Below, in pieces: positions 17,312-26,711 of a stretch of 64,000 nt of DNA. Source of the DNA: Saprospiraceae bacterium (GTDB lineage: Bacteria; Bacteroidota; Bacteroidia; Chitinophagales; Saprospiraceae); contig JAIXOO010000063.1 of NCBI GenBank assembly GCA_027486765.1, positions 12,890-76,889 on the forward strand, written 5' to 3'. The translations under genes were made by a program, and so were the position numbers. The stretch's first letter is position 1, and the number at the start of each line of letters is the position of its first letter. The notes under the pieces were generated by a model. It searched no databases. It was not told the DNA's origin and worked only from the letters and a program-made list of their open reading frames with translations.

Positions 17312-18826
17312 TCACTTTAATCGTTTCACTACCGCTAGTGGTTGGATGAATTTGCCAGTCAAGCTGGAGTTGCGGGTGTTGATCCCTGTTTCAGTAAGAA
17401 TTTTATGGGCTTGCTCTGTGGTGAGGTCAGGATTGATGCTTTTCATCAAACCCAGCAAACCTGCAACATAAGGTGTGGCCATGGAAGTGCCATTGTAGGT
17501 CTCGTAGCGGTTGTTGGGTATGGTGGAATAAATGCCAACCCCGGGGGCGGCAACCCCAAATGGAATGTCTTGCACAAAATTGGAGAATTCCGCGCGGTTG
17601 AGCTCGTTGTCTACTGCAGAAACTCCAATGACACCTTTGGAATTGACCGGGCTAAACTGCGCGGCATTGCGATTGGAATTTCCGGCAGCAACCACCACGA
17701 TCGCACCTTTATTATTGGCGTACTTCACCGCTTTGTCGTAGGCTTTTTGCCGACTTTGATTGCTCGGGCCGCCGAGTGACAGCGAAATCACATCCGCATT
17801 GGCATCTGCTGCTTTGATGATGCCATCAATGATGGTTTGTTGGGTACCAAATCCTTGATCGCCCAATACCTTTACACTCGTGATGGTGGTGAAGCGGTTG
17901 TCGCGGGAATAAGAGGCCACTCCTACCCCATTGTTGGATACGGCTCCGGCGATGCCAGCACAGTGGGTCCCATGCCCTTTGAGGTCGCGGTTGGATGCGG
18001 CGTCAATGGATTTAAAATTGGCTTTGAGGTCTTCGTGGTTGCCATCCACTCCGGTGTCCAGAATGGCGATTAGCGCTTTACGCACTGGTTGTACCTTATT
18101 TTGATCCAAATAATTGTACAGCTGGTCCATTTGCATGCGCTCAAAGCCCCAAAGATTGGCCACACCGGGGTCGTTGATCCCAAATTTGGACGGCAATTTC
18201 GTGGGGTTTTCAGCTTTGCGCAGCGGCTCTACCTGAATGAGTTCGTTTTCTTCGGTCCATAGCACTGCGCTGGAACGGCTCAATTGTTGCTCAATGCGCA
18301 CCAAGTTGTTGGCTTTGGCATCAGGAATATCGACCACGTAATAGTTATCGAGTTCGGTAGAACTGGCGTCCTTGGGAAAAAAGGCCCGCCGCAGGTTTAG
18401 TCCGTATTTTTTGGAAATTTCATCCAACTCGCGTACCTGATGCCCTTCTTTTAACTCCAACAAAATCTCACCTTGAGCATCTAGTGGAATTTGGCTGTGG
18501 TAAGGAAAAGTGGTACTTACAAATTGGCGGTAAAACCAAAACAGGGCCACTAAAGCCAAAACCACCCCAACCCAAAAGCCTTTGCTCCAACCGGCCATGC
18601 GGCTAAAGATGGCGCCGAATACCCCCAAGAAGAGCATATCCCGAAAAACCGTCTGGAACTTGTACACCATCGGCGCAGCTGCGGTCACCATACTCATGGA
18701 GTACAATATCAGCGCCAAGAACATCAAACGGCTAAAGTATTTTTCAGCCAATTCGCGCTTTAAAGCGAACCAAAGTGCCAATGCCACGAAGGCTACGACA
18801 AAACTGAGACCATATAACGCGATCAT
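17312..18826 (-). CDS. S8 (subtilisin-family) serine peptidase with an N-terminal polytopic membrane region
   Basis: Catalytic triad motifs ILDTG, HGTHCAG and GTSMA; about four hydrophobic helices in the first 100 aa. Confidence 0.92.
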   Translation of the reverse strand: MIALYGLSFVVAFVALALWFALKRELAEKYFSRLMFLALILYSMSMVTAAAPMVYKFQTVFRDMLFLGVFGAIFSRMAGWSKGFWVGVVLALVALFWFYRQFVSTTFPYHSQIPLDAQGEILLELKEGHQVRELDEISKKYGLNLRRAFFPKDASSTELDNYYVVDIPDAKANNLVRIEQQLSRSSAVLWTEENELIQVEPLRKAENPTKLPSKFGINDPGVANLWGFERMQMDQLYNYLDQNKVQPVRKALIAILDTGVDGNHEDLKANFKSIDAASNRDLKGHGTHCAGIAGAVSNNGVGVASYSRDNRFTTITSVKVLGDQGFGTQQTIIDGIIKAADANADVISLSLGGPSNQSRQKAYDKAVKYANNKGAIVVVAAGNSNRNAAQFSPVNSKGVIGVSAVDNELNRAEFSNFVQDIPFGVAAPGVGIYSTIPNNRYETYNGTSMATPYVAGLLGLMKSINPDLTTEQAHKILTETGINTRNSSLTGKFIQPLAVVKRLK

Positions 18827-19089
18827 AGTCAGGATTTAAATTTGGGTGAAATTTAGGCTTTTCCACCTTACCATGCCACTCTATTTTAGAATAATCGCCC
18901 AACGGACATTCTACTGGGATAAAACCTTTCTTTACAACCGATCCTGATCTGAATGTGTTTGTTTCTAACCAGTCTGTGATGAAAATTACAGCCTACATAT
19001 TAATACCTTGATTAAATTTGCGCACAATTCCGCAAAGAGCATGTCTATAAGTTTTTTGTTTTGCTCTAAGGATATAAAAACAGTGAACA

Positions 19090-20034
19090 ATGGCAAACAC
19101 AGCAGAACACCTGCACTGCGTTATCATCGGTTCCGGACCAGCCGGATACACCGCCGCCGTCTATGCGGCCAGAGCCAACATGAACCCCGTACTCTTCACC
19201 GGTAAAGACCCTGGTGGCCAGTTGATGATCACCAACGATGTTGAAAACTATCCTGGATATCCCAGCGGCATCATGGGCCCTGAAATGATGGAAGATTTCC
19301 GCAAACAAGCCGAGCGCTTTGGAACCCAGATCCGTTACGAAATGATCACCAAAGTCGACTTTAGTGGCCCTGTTCACAAAATCTGGACGGAAGGTGAGCA
19401 GGAAATTCATGCCGATGCGGTTATCATTGCTACGGGTGCCAGCGCCAAATGGCTGGGCCTGGAGTCGGAGAAAAAATTCTGGAGCAAAGGGGTATCTGCC
19501 TGCGCTGTGTGTGATGGCTTCTTTTTCCGTGGACAAGAAGTGGCGGTTGTAGGTGGCGGCGATACTGCTGCTGAGGAAGCTACTTATTTGGCCAAACTTT
19601 GCCCCAAAGTACACCTGATCGTACGCCGTGATCAGCTGCGCGCCTCGAAAATTATGCAGGAAAGAGTTTTAAATGCTGAGAATATCGTCATACATTGGAA
19701 CTCCGAAACGTTGGAAGTCCTCGGCGAAAACGAGGTAGAGGGTGTAAAACTCCTCAACAACAAAACGAATGAAACATCCGTGATTCCTGTCAAAGGATTT
19801 TTTGTAGCCATTGGCCACCAACCCAACACCGATATATTTAAAGGTTGGTTGGACATGGATGAAACTGGTTACCTCAAAACCGTACCAGGTCGTACCCTAA
19901 CCAATATAGAAGGAGTTTTCGCCAGTGGCGACGCCCAAGACAACGTATACCGCCAAGCTGTCACAGCTGCTGGAACTGGGTGTATGGCTGCACTGGACGC
20001 AGAGCGTTATTTGGCCGCAAAAGGAGTTATTTAG
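19090..20034 (+). CDS. trxB: Thioredoxin reductase
   Basis: IIGSGPAGYTAA, CAVCDG redox site, GGGDTA; TAAATTTG -7 box at 19013-19020. Confidence 0.97.
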   Translation: MANTAEHLHCVIIGSGPAGYTAAVYAARANMNPVLFTGKDPGGQLMITNDVENYPGYPSGIMGPEMMEDFRKQAERFGTQIRYEMITKVDFSGPVHKIWTEGEQEIHADAVIIATGASAKWLGLESEKKFWSKGVSACAVCDGFFFRGQEVAVVGGGDTAAEEATYLAKLCPKVHLIVRRDQLRASKIMQERVLNAENIVIHWNSETLEVLGENEVEGVKLLNNKTNETSVIPVKGFFVAIGHQPNTDIFKGWLDMDETGYLKTVPGRTLTNIEGVFASGDAQDNVYRQAVTAAGTGCMAALDAERYLAAKGVI

Positions 20035-20115
20035 GGTTCCAAAGTTCCAGGGTTCCTAGGTTCCAAGGTTGGGCTGCCAAACCCTGGAACTTTGGAACCC
20101 AGGAACTTTGGAACC
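20035..20115. repeat. Inverted arrays of GGTTCCAA-type 8-mers
   Basis: Four GGTTCCA(A/G)-type units facing four TGGAAC-type units across a short loop. Confidence 0.85.
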
Positions 20116-20142
20116 TTGTACAAACACACAAACACTTTAACC

Positions 20143-21222
20143 ATGTCAACAGCTACCCGTTTTCGCGCTGGGGTACTCTTTGGAGAAGAAGTAACCGAGT
20201 TGCTGAATTATGCCAATGAAAACAACTTTGCATTGCCAGCCGTCAATGTAATTGGCACCAACTCTGTCAATGCCGTTTTGGAAACTGCTCGTGATGTCAA
20301 CTCACCAGTAATCATTCAGTTCTCCAATGGTGGCGCTTCTTTCTTTGCAGGAAAAGGCGTAAGCAATTCCGGCCAAAAGGCTTCCATTATCGGCGGTATT
20401 TCCGGTGCGATGCACGTTCATCAGGTGGCAGAAGCCTACGGAGTTCCGGTGATTTTACATACCGACCACTGTGCCAAAAACCTGCTACCCTGGGTTGACG
20501 GTTTGCTGGACGCAAGCGAAAAACATTTCGCAGCTCATGGTCAACCATTGTACAGCTCCCACATGCTCGACTTGTCGGAAGAACCACTGCACGAGAACAT
20601 TGAAATCTGCGTGGAGTACTTCAAGCGCATGGCTAAAATGGGCATGACCCTGGAAATTGAATTGGGCGTAACTGGTGGTGAAGAAGACGGTGTAGACAAC
20701 TCAGACGTGGACAACTCCAAACTTTACACCCAGCCAGAAGAAGTTGATTACGCTTACCAACACTTGAAAGCAGTCAGCCCTAACTTCACCATCGCAGCTG
20801 CCTTCGGTAACGTACACGGCGTATACAAACCCGGCAACGTGCAGCTGACCCCCAAAATCCTGAAAAACTCTCAGGATTTCATCAAGGCCAAACACAACCT
20901 GAGTGGTGATACTCCCGTTAACTTTGTATTCCATGGTGGTTCTGGTTCTTCTCGGGCAGAAATCCGCGAGGCGATCGAGTACGGTGCCATCAAAATGAAC
21001 ATCGACACGGATATTCAATGGGCATACTGGGCCGGCGTGAAGGATTATTACGTAAAAAATGAAGGTTATCTTCAAGGCCAAATCGGCAACCCTGAAGGTG
21101 ACGACAAACCGAATAAAAAATTCTACGATCCACGCGTATGGTTGCGGGAAGGGGAAAAAAGCCTCATCTCACGCCTGAAAGTGGCATTTGAGGATTTGAA
21201 TTGTATCAACCGCAACGTTTAA
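20143..21222 (+). CDS. fbaA: Class II fructose-bisphosphate aldolase
   Basis: LHTDHC, HMLDLS, FGNVHGVYKPG, FHGGSG and KMNIDTD. ATG at 20143; the ORF-track start at 20092 lies in the repeat. Confidence 0.97.
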   Translation: MSTATRFRAGVLFGEEVTELLNYANENNFALPAVNVIGTNSVNAVLETARDVNSPVIIQFSNGGASFFAGKGVSNSGQKASIIGGISGAMHVHQVAEAYGVPVILHTDHCAKNLLPWVDGLLDASEKHFAAHGQPLYSSHMLDLSEEPLHENIEICVEYFKRMAKMGMTLEIELGVTGGEEDGVDNSDVDNSKLYTQPEEVDYAYQHLKAVSPNFTIAAAFGNVHGVYKPGNVQLTPKILKNSQDFIKAKHNLSGDTPVNFVFHGGSGSSRAEIREAIEYGAIKMNIDTDIQWAYWAGVKDYYVKNEGYLQGQIGNPEGDDKPNKKFYDPRVWLREGEKSLISRLKVAFEDLNCINRNV

Positions 21223-21230
21223 AAGTGCTG

Positions 21231-21323
21231 AATGATGAGTGATGATTGATGATTTGGATACACCAAAAGTTTTTTAACGTTTGGAATTTGTCTAAATGAT
21301 AACTCATCACTCACCATTCATTG
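21231..21323. repeat. Inverted arrays of TGATGA-type 7-mers around a central spacer
   Basis: AATGATGAGTGATGATTGATGA on the left is mirrored by CTCATCACTCACCATTCATT on the right. Confidence 0.65.
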
Positions 21324-21338
21324 CTCATCATTCAAAAA

Positions 21339-22184
21339 ATGGATCTGAATCTAGAGCGTGATCTTTGTTTTTTCGATATTGAAGCGACTGGCCTCAATGT
21401 AGTACGCGACCGCATCGTACAAATTGCCATCATCAAGTACCTCAAGGATGGTCGGGAGCCGCAGGAACTTTCCCTGATGATCAATCCAGGTATTCCCATT
21501 TCCCTGGAAGCGATGTTGGTACACGGCATTCAGCCCAAAGATGTGGCGAACAAACCTACCTTTCAACAATTGGCGCAAAAAATCTGGGACTTCATTGGCA
21601 ATGCTGATCTGGCGGGGTACAATTCAACCCGTTTCGACATTCCAATGTTGATGGAAGAATTTGCACGGGTAGGAATGGAATTTGACATCAGCAAACGGCG
21701 CTCAATTGACATCCAGCGGATTTTTTACAAAATGGAGCCCCGCACGCTCAAGGCTGCCCTCAAGTTCTACTGCGACAAAGACCATGACGAAGCCCATGAT
21801 GCTATGGCGGATGTGCGTGCCACAATTGATGTGTTTTTCGGTCAATTGGGCAAGTATGAGGGGGTGGACTATCGGGATGAGGATGGCAACATTCTGGAAG
21901 CTCCAGTGAAAAACGATGTACAAACCTTGCACGAATTTACCAACGACAACCGTTTTGTGGATGCCACCCAAAAATTGCGTGCGGATGTGAATGGAGACAT
22001 CGTCTTCAATTTTGGCAAATACATGGGCAAACCCGTCGGCGAAACCTTGTACGAAGACCGCCAGTACTACAACTGGATCCTCAACAAGGAATTCACCTCA
22101 CAGGTCAAACAAATGGTCAAGAAACTGGTTCGCGAGTACGAAAAAGGGCTGAAAGGCAAAGAAGAAAACGGAAACAAGGAATAA
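21339..22184 (+). CDS. DEDDh 3'-5' exonuclease (DnaQ/epsilon-like)
   Basis: FFDIEATG, GYNSTRFD, AHDAMADV; C-terminal FNFGKYMGK. Confidence 0.92.
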   Translation: MDLNLERDLCFFDIEATGLNVVRDRIVQIAIIKYLKDGREPQELSLMINPGIPISLEAMLVHGIQPKDVANKPTFQQLAQKIWDFIGNADLAGYNSTRFDIPMLMEEFARVGMEFDISKRRSIDIQRIFYKMEPRTLKAALKFYCDKDHDEAHDAMADVRATIDVFFGQLGKYEGVDYRDEDGNILEAPVKNDVQTLHEFTNDNRFVDATQKLRADVNGDIVFNFGKYMGKPVGETLYEDRQYYNWILNKEFTSQVKQMVKKLVREYEKGLKGKEENGNKE

Positions 22185-22190
22185 ATTAAA

Positions 22191-23042
22191 ATGAAAAAGG
22201 TGTTGAAGTTATTGCAGTTGGGGGTCCTGTGCGCAATAAGCATCCTTTTGTCCACTTGCGCTACTCGTGAAGAAGGATGCAACGATGCCTTAGCCAATAA
22301 TTTCGACCTGGGTGCCGACAAACCCTGCGACGGTTGCTGTGAATATCCCGGGGTGCGCATCCGTCTTTCCCACAAGTACGGCAACACGCCTATGGCCTAC
22401 AATCAAACCATCTTCACCGATGGAGCAGGCAACACCTTCGGATTCGGCGATCTGCGTTTTTATCTTTCCAACATCCAGTTGCTTTCGGTTGGCAATAAAA
22501 TCATTGACGTCCAGGAACCCCTGGATGTTTACCTTGAAAAAGCGGCTGGCGACACCGTAAAAACCAGTGTTCCCAATAGTTACGGTCTGGCTCGGGGGCT
22601 CGGCCAAGCCGACATGTACATTCAATCTTATCGGGATACCGCCACCATCAACCGCATTCGGTTTACCGTTGGGGTGAGTGGCGAAATGAACCAGGCCAAT
22701 CCGCGGCGTTTGCCCACTGATCACCCTATGCGCAGTAGCGTGTACGATGGTATGTACCTGGGGGCGCAGAATGGCTACGTGTTTGCGCGTAGCTTATACT
22801 ATGCAAAAGATACGGTAGACATTAAAATTAGCGGCAGTACGAACCTGCGCACCGTTGAATTGTCCTTTACACCAACGAAGCTCCAACGTGGGTACAACCT
22901 CAATGTTTTGATGGATGTGGACTATGCCCTTTGGTTTCAAACGGTAAATGTGAACAGTGATACTCCGGCTCAAATCAGTCAAAAAATTATTGAAAAATTG
23001 GCACAGTCTTTTAACATTACGCAGGTTTCTACTAGTTTATAG
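22191..23042 (+). CDS. MbnP-like lipoprotein
   Basis: Lipobox-like LSTC, GCNDALANNFD...CCEYP segment, then LRFYLSNIQL and GYVF typical of the MbnP family. Confidence 0.7.
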   Translation: MKKVLKLLQLGVLCAISILLSTCATREEGCNDALANNFDLGADKPCDGCCEYPGVRIRLSHKYGNTPMAYNQTIFTDGAGNTFGFGDLRFYLSNIQLLSVGNKIIDVQEPLDVYLEKAAGDTVKTSVPNSYGLARGLGQADMYIQSYRDTATINRIRFTVGVSGEMNQANPRRLPTDHPMRSSVYDGMYLGAQNGYVFARSLYYAKDTVDIKISGSTNLRTVELSFTPTKLQRGYNLNVLMDVDYALWFQTVNVNSDTPAQISQKIIEKLAQSFNITQVSTSL

Positions 23043-23077
23043 TTTACATTTGCCAAATTACTTAACCAAATTTCATC

Positions 23078-25612
23078 ATGCAATTCATGACCAGATTAAC
23101 CCTCCTCAGCTTGCTGTTCATGCTCACGGTAAGCCTGTGTTTCGCTCAAGACAAAAAACCAGACGTACCAGCAACTTCAGGAGCTGCTGCGCCAAAAGAA
23201 ACGCCCAAGCCTGGGCCAAAACCTTTCCGTGAAGTCATCACTGACAAAGCCATCAGCAGCAAAGGTTTGGTGAACGTGCACAAAGTAGAAGACAAGTGGT
23301 TCTTCGAAATCCCGGACAGCATCTTTAAACGGGAAATCATGACCGTAACCCGCTACGCTAAAACAGCAGCTGGTGGTGGCATCTTCGGCGGTGAAGAAGT
23401 AAACCGCCAGGTTATCGCCTGGGAACGTGGCCCTGACAACAAGGTGTTCTTGCGCTCCATCACCCAAATCATCGTCAGTCCGGATAGTACCAAGCCTATT
23501 TTTAAGGCGGTCAAAAATTCCAGTGCAGATCCGATCGTGGCCTCTTTTGACATCAAATCGATCCGTAAAGACACTTCGGTGCTGATTGATGTAACCGATT
23601 TTTTCAAAGGGGACAATCAGATTTTTTCGCTCAACCCGATTAGCAAGCAGTTGCTCAAAATTTCTGACTACAAAGCCGATCGCTCCTTTGTTCAGAGCAT
23701 TCGTACTTATCCGATCAATACAGAAATCCGAACGGTTAAAACCTTTGGTTCACAATCACCTACCATCTCGTTGGTCCCAACGCCACAGATTGGAACCTTT
23801 CTCCCAGCTGGTGTTGACGCAGGAGTGGTGACCATGGAGTTCAATACTTCGATGATCATTTTGCCCAAAAAACCGATGCGCGTTCGCCATTTTGATCCCA
23901 GGGTCGGTTACTTTTCCACAGGATATGGCACTTTTGAAGAAGAATCTCAAAAAGCCGACGAAGAACAAATTGCCGTACGCTGGCGCCTGGAACCCAAAAA
24001 CGCAGCAGACGCCCAAAAGCAAAAACGTGGCGAACTCATCGAACCCGCCAAACCCATCATCTATTACATCGATCCAGCCACTCCCATCAAGTGGCGAAAA
24101 TACCTCAAACAAGGGGTAGACGATTGGCAAAAAGCTTTTGAAAAAGCGGGTTGGAAAAATGCCATCCGTGGCGAATACTGGCCCGAGCAAGATACGACCA
24201 TGAGCTTGGAGGACGCACGGTTCTCGGTGATCCGCTACTTTGCCGCCGAAATCCAAAACGCTTACGGCCCCAACGTCAATGACCCACGTTCTGGCGAAAT
24301 CCTGGAAAGCCACATCGGTTGGTACCACAATGTCATGCGATTGCTGCGCAACTGGTACCTGATTCAAACCGCCGCCAGCGATCCAAAGGCGCGCAAAAAA
24401 GATTTTGACGACGAACTGATGGGGCAACTGATTCGTTTTGTGTCTTCTCACGAAGTGGGGCACACCCTGGGTTTGCGCCACAACATGGGTGCAAGTTCAG
24501 CAACACCAGTTGAAAAACTGCGTGACAAAGCCTGGGTAGCTCAAAACGGCCACACTTCTTCCATCATGGACTACGCCCGTTTCAACTATGTAGCCCAGCC
24601 TGAAGATGGGGTAACCGACTTTTTCCCCCGCATTGGCGACTACGACATCTGGGCCATCGAATGGGGCTACAAATACTTCGTTGATGCCAAAAGCGACGAT
24701 GAGGAGAAAAAATTGCTCCACGACCTGACCAAAGAAAAGGTAAAAAATCAACGCCTGGCCTTTGGCACCGAAGTGAGCCCCAACGACCCGCGTTACCAAA
24801 CCGAAGACTTGAGCGACAACTCCATGAAAGCTTCGGAATATGGGGTCAAAAACCTCAAGCGCATCCTGCCCAACCTGCCCGAATGGAGCAAGGAAAATGG
24901 CGAGAGTTATTCTGAATTGGAAGAGCTGTACAACAACGTAGTGGGCCAATTCAACCGCTACCTCGGCCACGTCACCAAAAACGTAGGGGGCATTTATGAT
25001 ACGCCCAAAACTTACGACATGGCCGGAGCGGTGTTTGAGGCAGTGCCCAAAGATCGCCAAAAAGAAGCCATGGCCTTCTTGAGCAGCCATTTGTTTGAGA
25101 CGCCTACCTGGCTCATGGACGGCAATATTTTGAATAAAATCCGTCCGGACGCCGGGGTAGATGCCATCAAAACTTTGCAGGAAAATACCTTGAACAACTT
25201 GCTGTCGGGCAGCCGCATTGCGCGTTTGTTGGAAACAGGCAAGGATGGCAATTACACCCTGGATGAAATGATGACCGACTTGCGCAACAGCATTTGGTCA
25301 GAATTAAAAAGCCAAAAAGCCATCGACATTTACCGCCGTAACCTGCAAAAGGTTTTTGTAGAAAAAGCCATCACCTATTTGGCGCCCAAAGACCCTGCTA
25401 CCATCCAGTATGTACCTGCGGGTGGCGCTTACGGTTCAAATATCCGTCGGGTTGATCTAAAAACCACCGACTTGCCTTCCATCACCCGTGGGCAATTGGA
25501 ATCTTTGTTGTCAGAAATCAAAGCAGCCATTGGTGCTGCGCCAGATAAATTGACGCGTTACCATTTGGAAGATGTGGCGAATCGATTGGATTCGGCTTTG
25601 CATCCCAAGTAG
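23078..25612 (+). CDS. Secreted zinc metalloprotease (DUF5117/DUF4953 type)
   Basis: Signal peptide; HEVGHTLGLRHN zinc motif; SSIMDYARFNY Met-turn. Confidence 0.93.
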   Translation: MQFMTRLTLLSLLFMLTVSLCFAQDKKPDVPATSGAAAPKETPKPGPKPFREVITDKAISSKGLVNVHKVEDKWFFEIPDSIFKREIMTVTRYAKTAAGGGIFGGEEVNRQVIAWERGPDNKVFLRSITQIIVSPDSTKPIFKAVKNSSADPIVASFDIKSIRKDTSVLIDVTDFFKGDNQIFSLNPISKQLLKISDYKADRSFVQSIRTYPINTEIRTVKTFGSQSPTISLVPTPQIGTFLPAGVDAGVVTMEFNTSMIILPKKPMRVRHFDPRVGYFSTGYGTFEEESQKADEEQIAVRWRLEPKNAADAQKQKRGELIEPAKPIIYYIDPATPIKWRKYLKQGVDDWQKAFEKAGWKNAIRGEYWPEQDTTMSLEDARFSVIRYFAAEIQNAYGPNVNDPRSGEILESHIGWYHNVMRLLRNWYLIQTAASDPKARKKDFDDELMGQLIRFVSSHEVGHTLGLRHNMGASSATPVEKLRDKAWVAQNGHTSSIMDYARFNYVAQPEDGVTDFFPRIGDYDIWAIEWGYKYFVDAKSDDEEKKLLHDLTKEKVKNQRLAFGTEVSPNDPRYQTEDLSDNSMKASEYGVKNLKRILPNLPEWSKENGESYSELEELYNNVVGQFNRYLGHVTKNVGGIYDTPKTYDMAGAVFEAVPKDRQKEAMAFLSSHLFETPTWLMDGNILNKIRPDAGVDAIKTLQENTLNNLLSGSRIARLLETGKDGNYTLDEMMTDLRNSIWSELKSQKAIDIYRRNLQKVFVEKAITYLAPKDPATIQYVPAGGAYGSNIRRVDLKTTDLPSITRGQLESLLSEIKAAIGAAPDKLTRYHLEDVANRLDSALHPK

Positions 25613-25630
25613 TTGTATTTCAGGATAATT

Positions 25631-25698
25631 CAAAGGGCACAAAGCGACGTCTACGTCTAACTTTGTGCCCTTTGTGCTGCCTTTGTGTTCTTTGTGCT
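25631..25698 (+). repeat. Hairpin with CTTTGTG tandem units, possible terminator
   Basis: CAAAGGGCACAAAG/CTTTGTGCCCTTTG 14-bp stem; CTTTGTG occurs four times on the right side. Confidence 0.65.
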
Positions 25699-26428
25699 AA
25701 AAAATGTCGCTTTGGCATATTCAATACTTGAAATAAAGATCCCTGTGACACCAACAACCCATCGCTGGAACACCTACGAAATCCTCTGGTTCCTCTTTTT
25801 CACCGCTCTCGCCATCACCCTTTGTTTCCTTTGGAAAAATTCCTTTTTTGACTTCAGTGTCTTTTTATCCGGCGTATTTTGTGTGCTCCTCGCTGCCAAA
25901 GGCAACGTCTGGACCTACAGTTTTGGGATGTACAACTCCCTGGCTTATGCCTATCTGGCTTACCACAATCAATTATTCGGTGAGACTTACCTCAATCTTT
26001 TCTTTTTTGTCCCCACCAATATCCTGGGCTACCTGCTTTGGAAACCTAAATTGGATGGTGCTTACGTGCAAATGCGTGCCCTGGCCTTGAAGTGGGTCAT
26101 CCTGACCTTAATCGTTTGTATGTTGAGCATTGCGGGTATGGGTTATGCTCTGGCTTTGAATCCCCAACAAAACACGCCGTACATTGATGCAACCACCAAT
26201 GTATTGTCTATCGTAGCTACTATTTTGATGATGTACCGCTACCGCGAGCAGTGGCTTTTGTACATTTTACTAAATGTATTCACCGTCTTGATGTGGAGCA
26301 TCCGTGCCGCCAACGGTAGTGCCGAAGGGCCTTTGATGATCGTGATGTGGTCGGCTTATTTGATCAATGCGGGATATGGGTATTGGAATTGGAGTCGTGG
26401 CGCAAAATTAGTTGAGGAGTTGAAGTAA
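25685..26428 (+). CDS. pnuC: Nicotinamide riboside transporter PnuC
   Basis: Multiple TM helices, LAAKGNVW, PYIDATTN, QWLLYILLN. The true start is probably near GTG 25745. Confidence 0.9.
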   Translation: MFFVLKNVALAYSILEIKIPVTPTTHRWNTYEILWFLFFTALAITLCFLWKNSFFDFSVFLSGVFCVLLAAKGNVWTYSFGMYNSLAYAYLAYHNQLFGETYLNLFFFVPTNILGYLLWKPKLDGAYVQMRALALKWVILTLIVCMLSIAGMGYALALNPQQNTPYIDATTNVLSIVATILMMYRYREQWLLYILLNVFTVLMWSIRAANGSAEGPLMIVMWSAYLINAGYGYWNWSRGAKLVEELK

Positions 26429-26490
26429 TTTGGTTATCGAGCGCTTGACATAATATCTATTCATTTTACCCTAAGACTCTTTTGAGATAA

Positions 26491-26638
26491 GAGTTCCGAA
26501 TACATGAGTACATGAGTTTTGAAGTGGGCTACCGCAGCGACTCAGACACAGCCTTGGTCTAAGTCGCTGCGGTAGCCCACTTCAAAACTCTCTCTTCACT
26601 TCAATACTCTAAACTCATGTATTCGGAACTCGGAACTC
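26491..26638. repeat. Composite palindromic repeat, copy C
   Basis: 51-bp core GGCTACCGC...GTCTAAG...GCGGTAGCC at 26527..26577; mirrored GAGTTCCGAATACATGAG and TTTTGAAGTG arms. Confidence 0.88.
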
Positions 26639-26711
26639 AATAAAAACCAAAAAAGCACCAATTTGCTTGAATCCTAATTTCATCAATTGCCTGATTCACC
26701 TCAAGTCTAAT

